DNA from: Bigelowiella natans CCMP2755
Taxonomy: Eukaryota; Protista; Cercozoa
DNA: 64,000 bases
Direction: 5' to 3'
NCBI GenBank assembly: GCA_000320545.1
Contig: ADNK01003512.1
Location: 1 to 64,000 of the forward strand
Shown in pieces: positions 63,859-64,000 of this stretch (position 1 is its first letter; every line of letters begins with the position of its first letter). The position numbers and the translations under genes are program-made. The notes beneath the pieces were generated by a model that saw only the letters and a list, made by a program, of their open reading frames with translations, did not search any database and was not told the DNA's origin.

Positions 63859-64000
63859 TAAGACCGCAATTGCCTATGCAAAGAAGTAAAGAATGACATC
63901 TTTAAGAATTGAACAGATGTCTCCATAAATTGCACATGTTCAAGTTAAAAAGGATACCAGTCCGGTTTGAGATGCAAAAAAAATCACAACAACTAACACA

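Noticed and set aside
1-64000. Nucleomorph or organellar origin
   Set aside because: Long introns, large intergenic repeats and moderate GC are incompatible with the compact AT-rich nucleomorph (18-23-nt introns) or the plastid genome.

Overview
Eukaryotic nuclear DNA, most likely from a chlorarachniophyte alga (Bigelowiella/Lotharella-like). This is inferred from green-type LHCII and FtsZ genes carrying bipartite signal+transit leaders, and from long microsatellite-filled introns. Recognisable genes: exon 1 of a sterol delta-7 reductase, a SETD3/LSMT-like SET methyltransferase, a probably plastid-targeted IRG/IIGP-like GTPase fusion, two near-identical divergent LHCII genes, two paralogous TALE homeobox genes, a CBL/NCS-like EF-hand protein, plastid FtsZ, an acid-lipase-family hydrolase, coatomer alpha, COMMD4 and several unknown membrane proteins. 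The most striking signal is non-coding. About nine intergenic tracts, one containing a hAT transposon relic with an intact 8-bp TSD, are largely or almost completely stripped of TpA and enriched in TpG/CpA while keeping CpG. In the fully depleted tracts the surviving TpA sites sit almost only in CTA/TAG contexts. This looks like the footprint of a repeat-targeted, context-specific A-to-G (T-to-C) DNA hypermutation process, a 'reverse RIP'. Exon boundaries and dinucleotide counts were read by eye and need computational confirmation.
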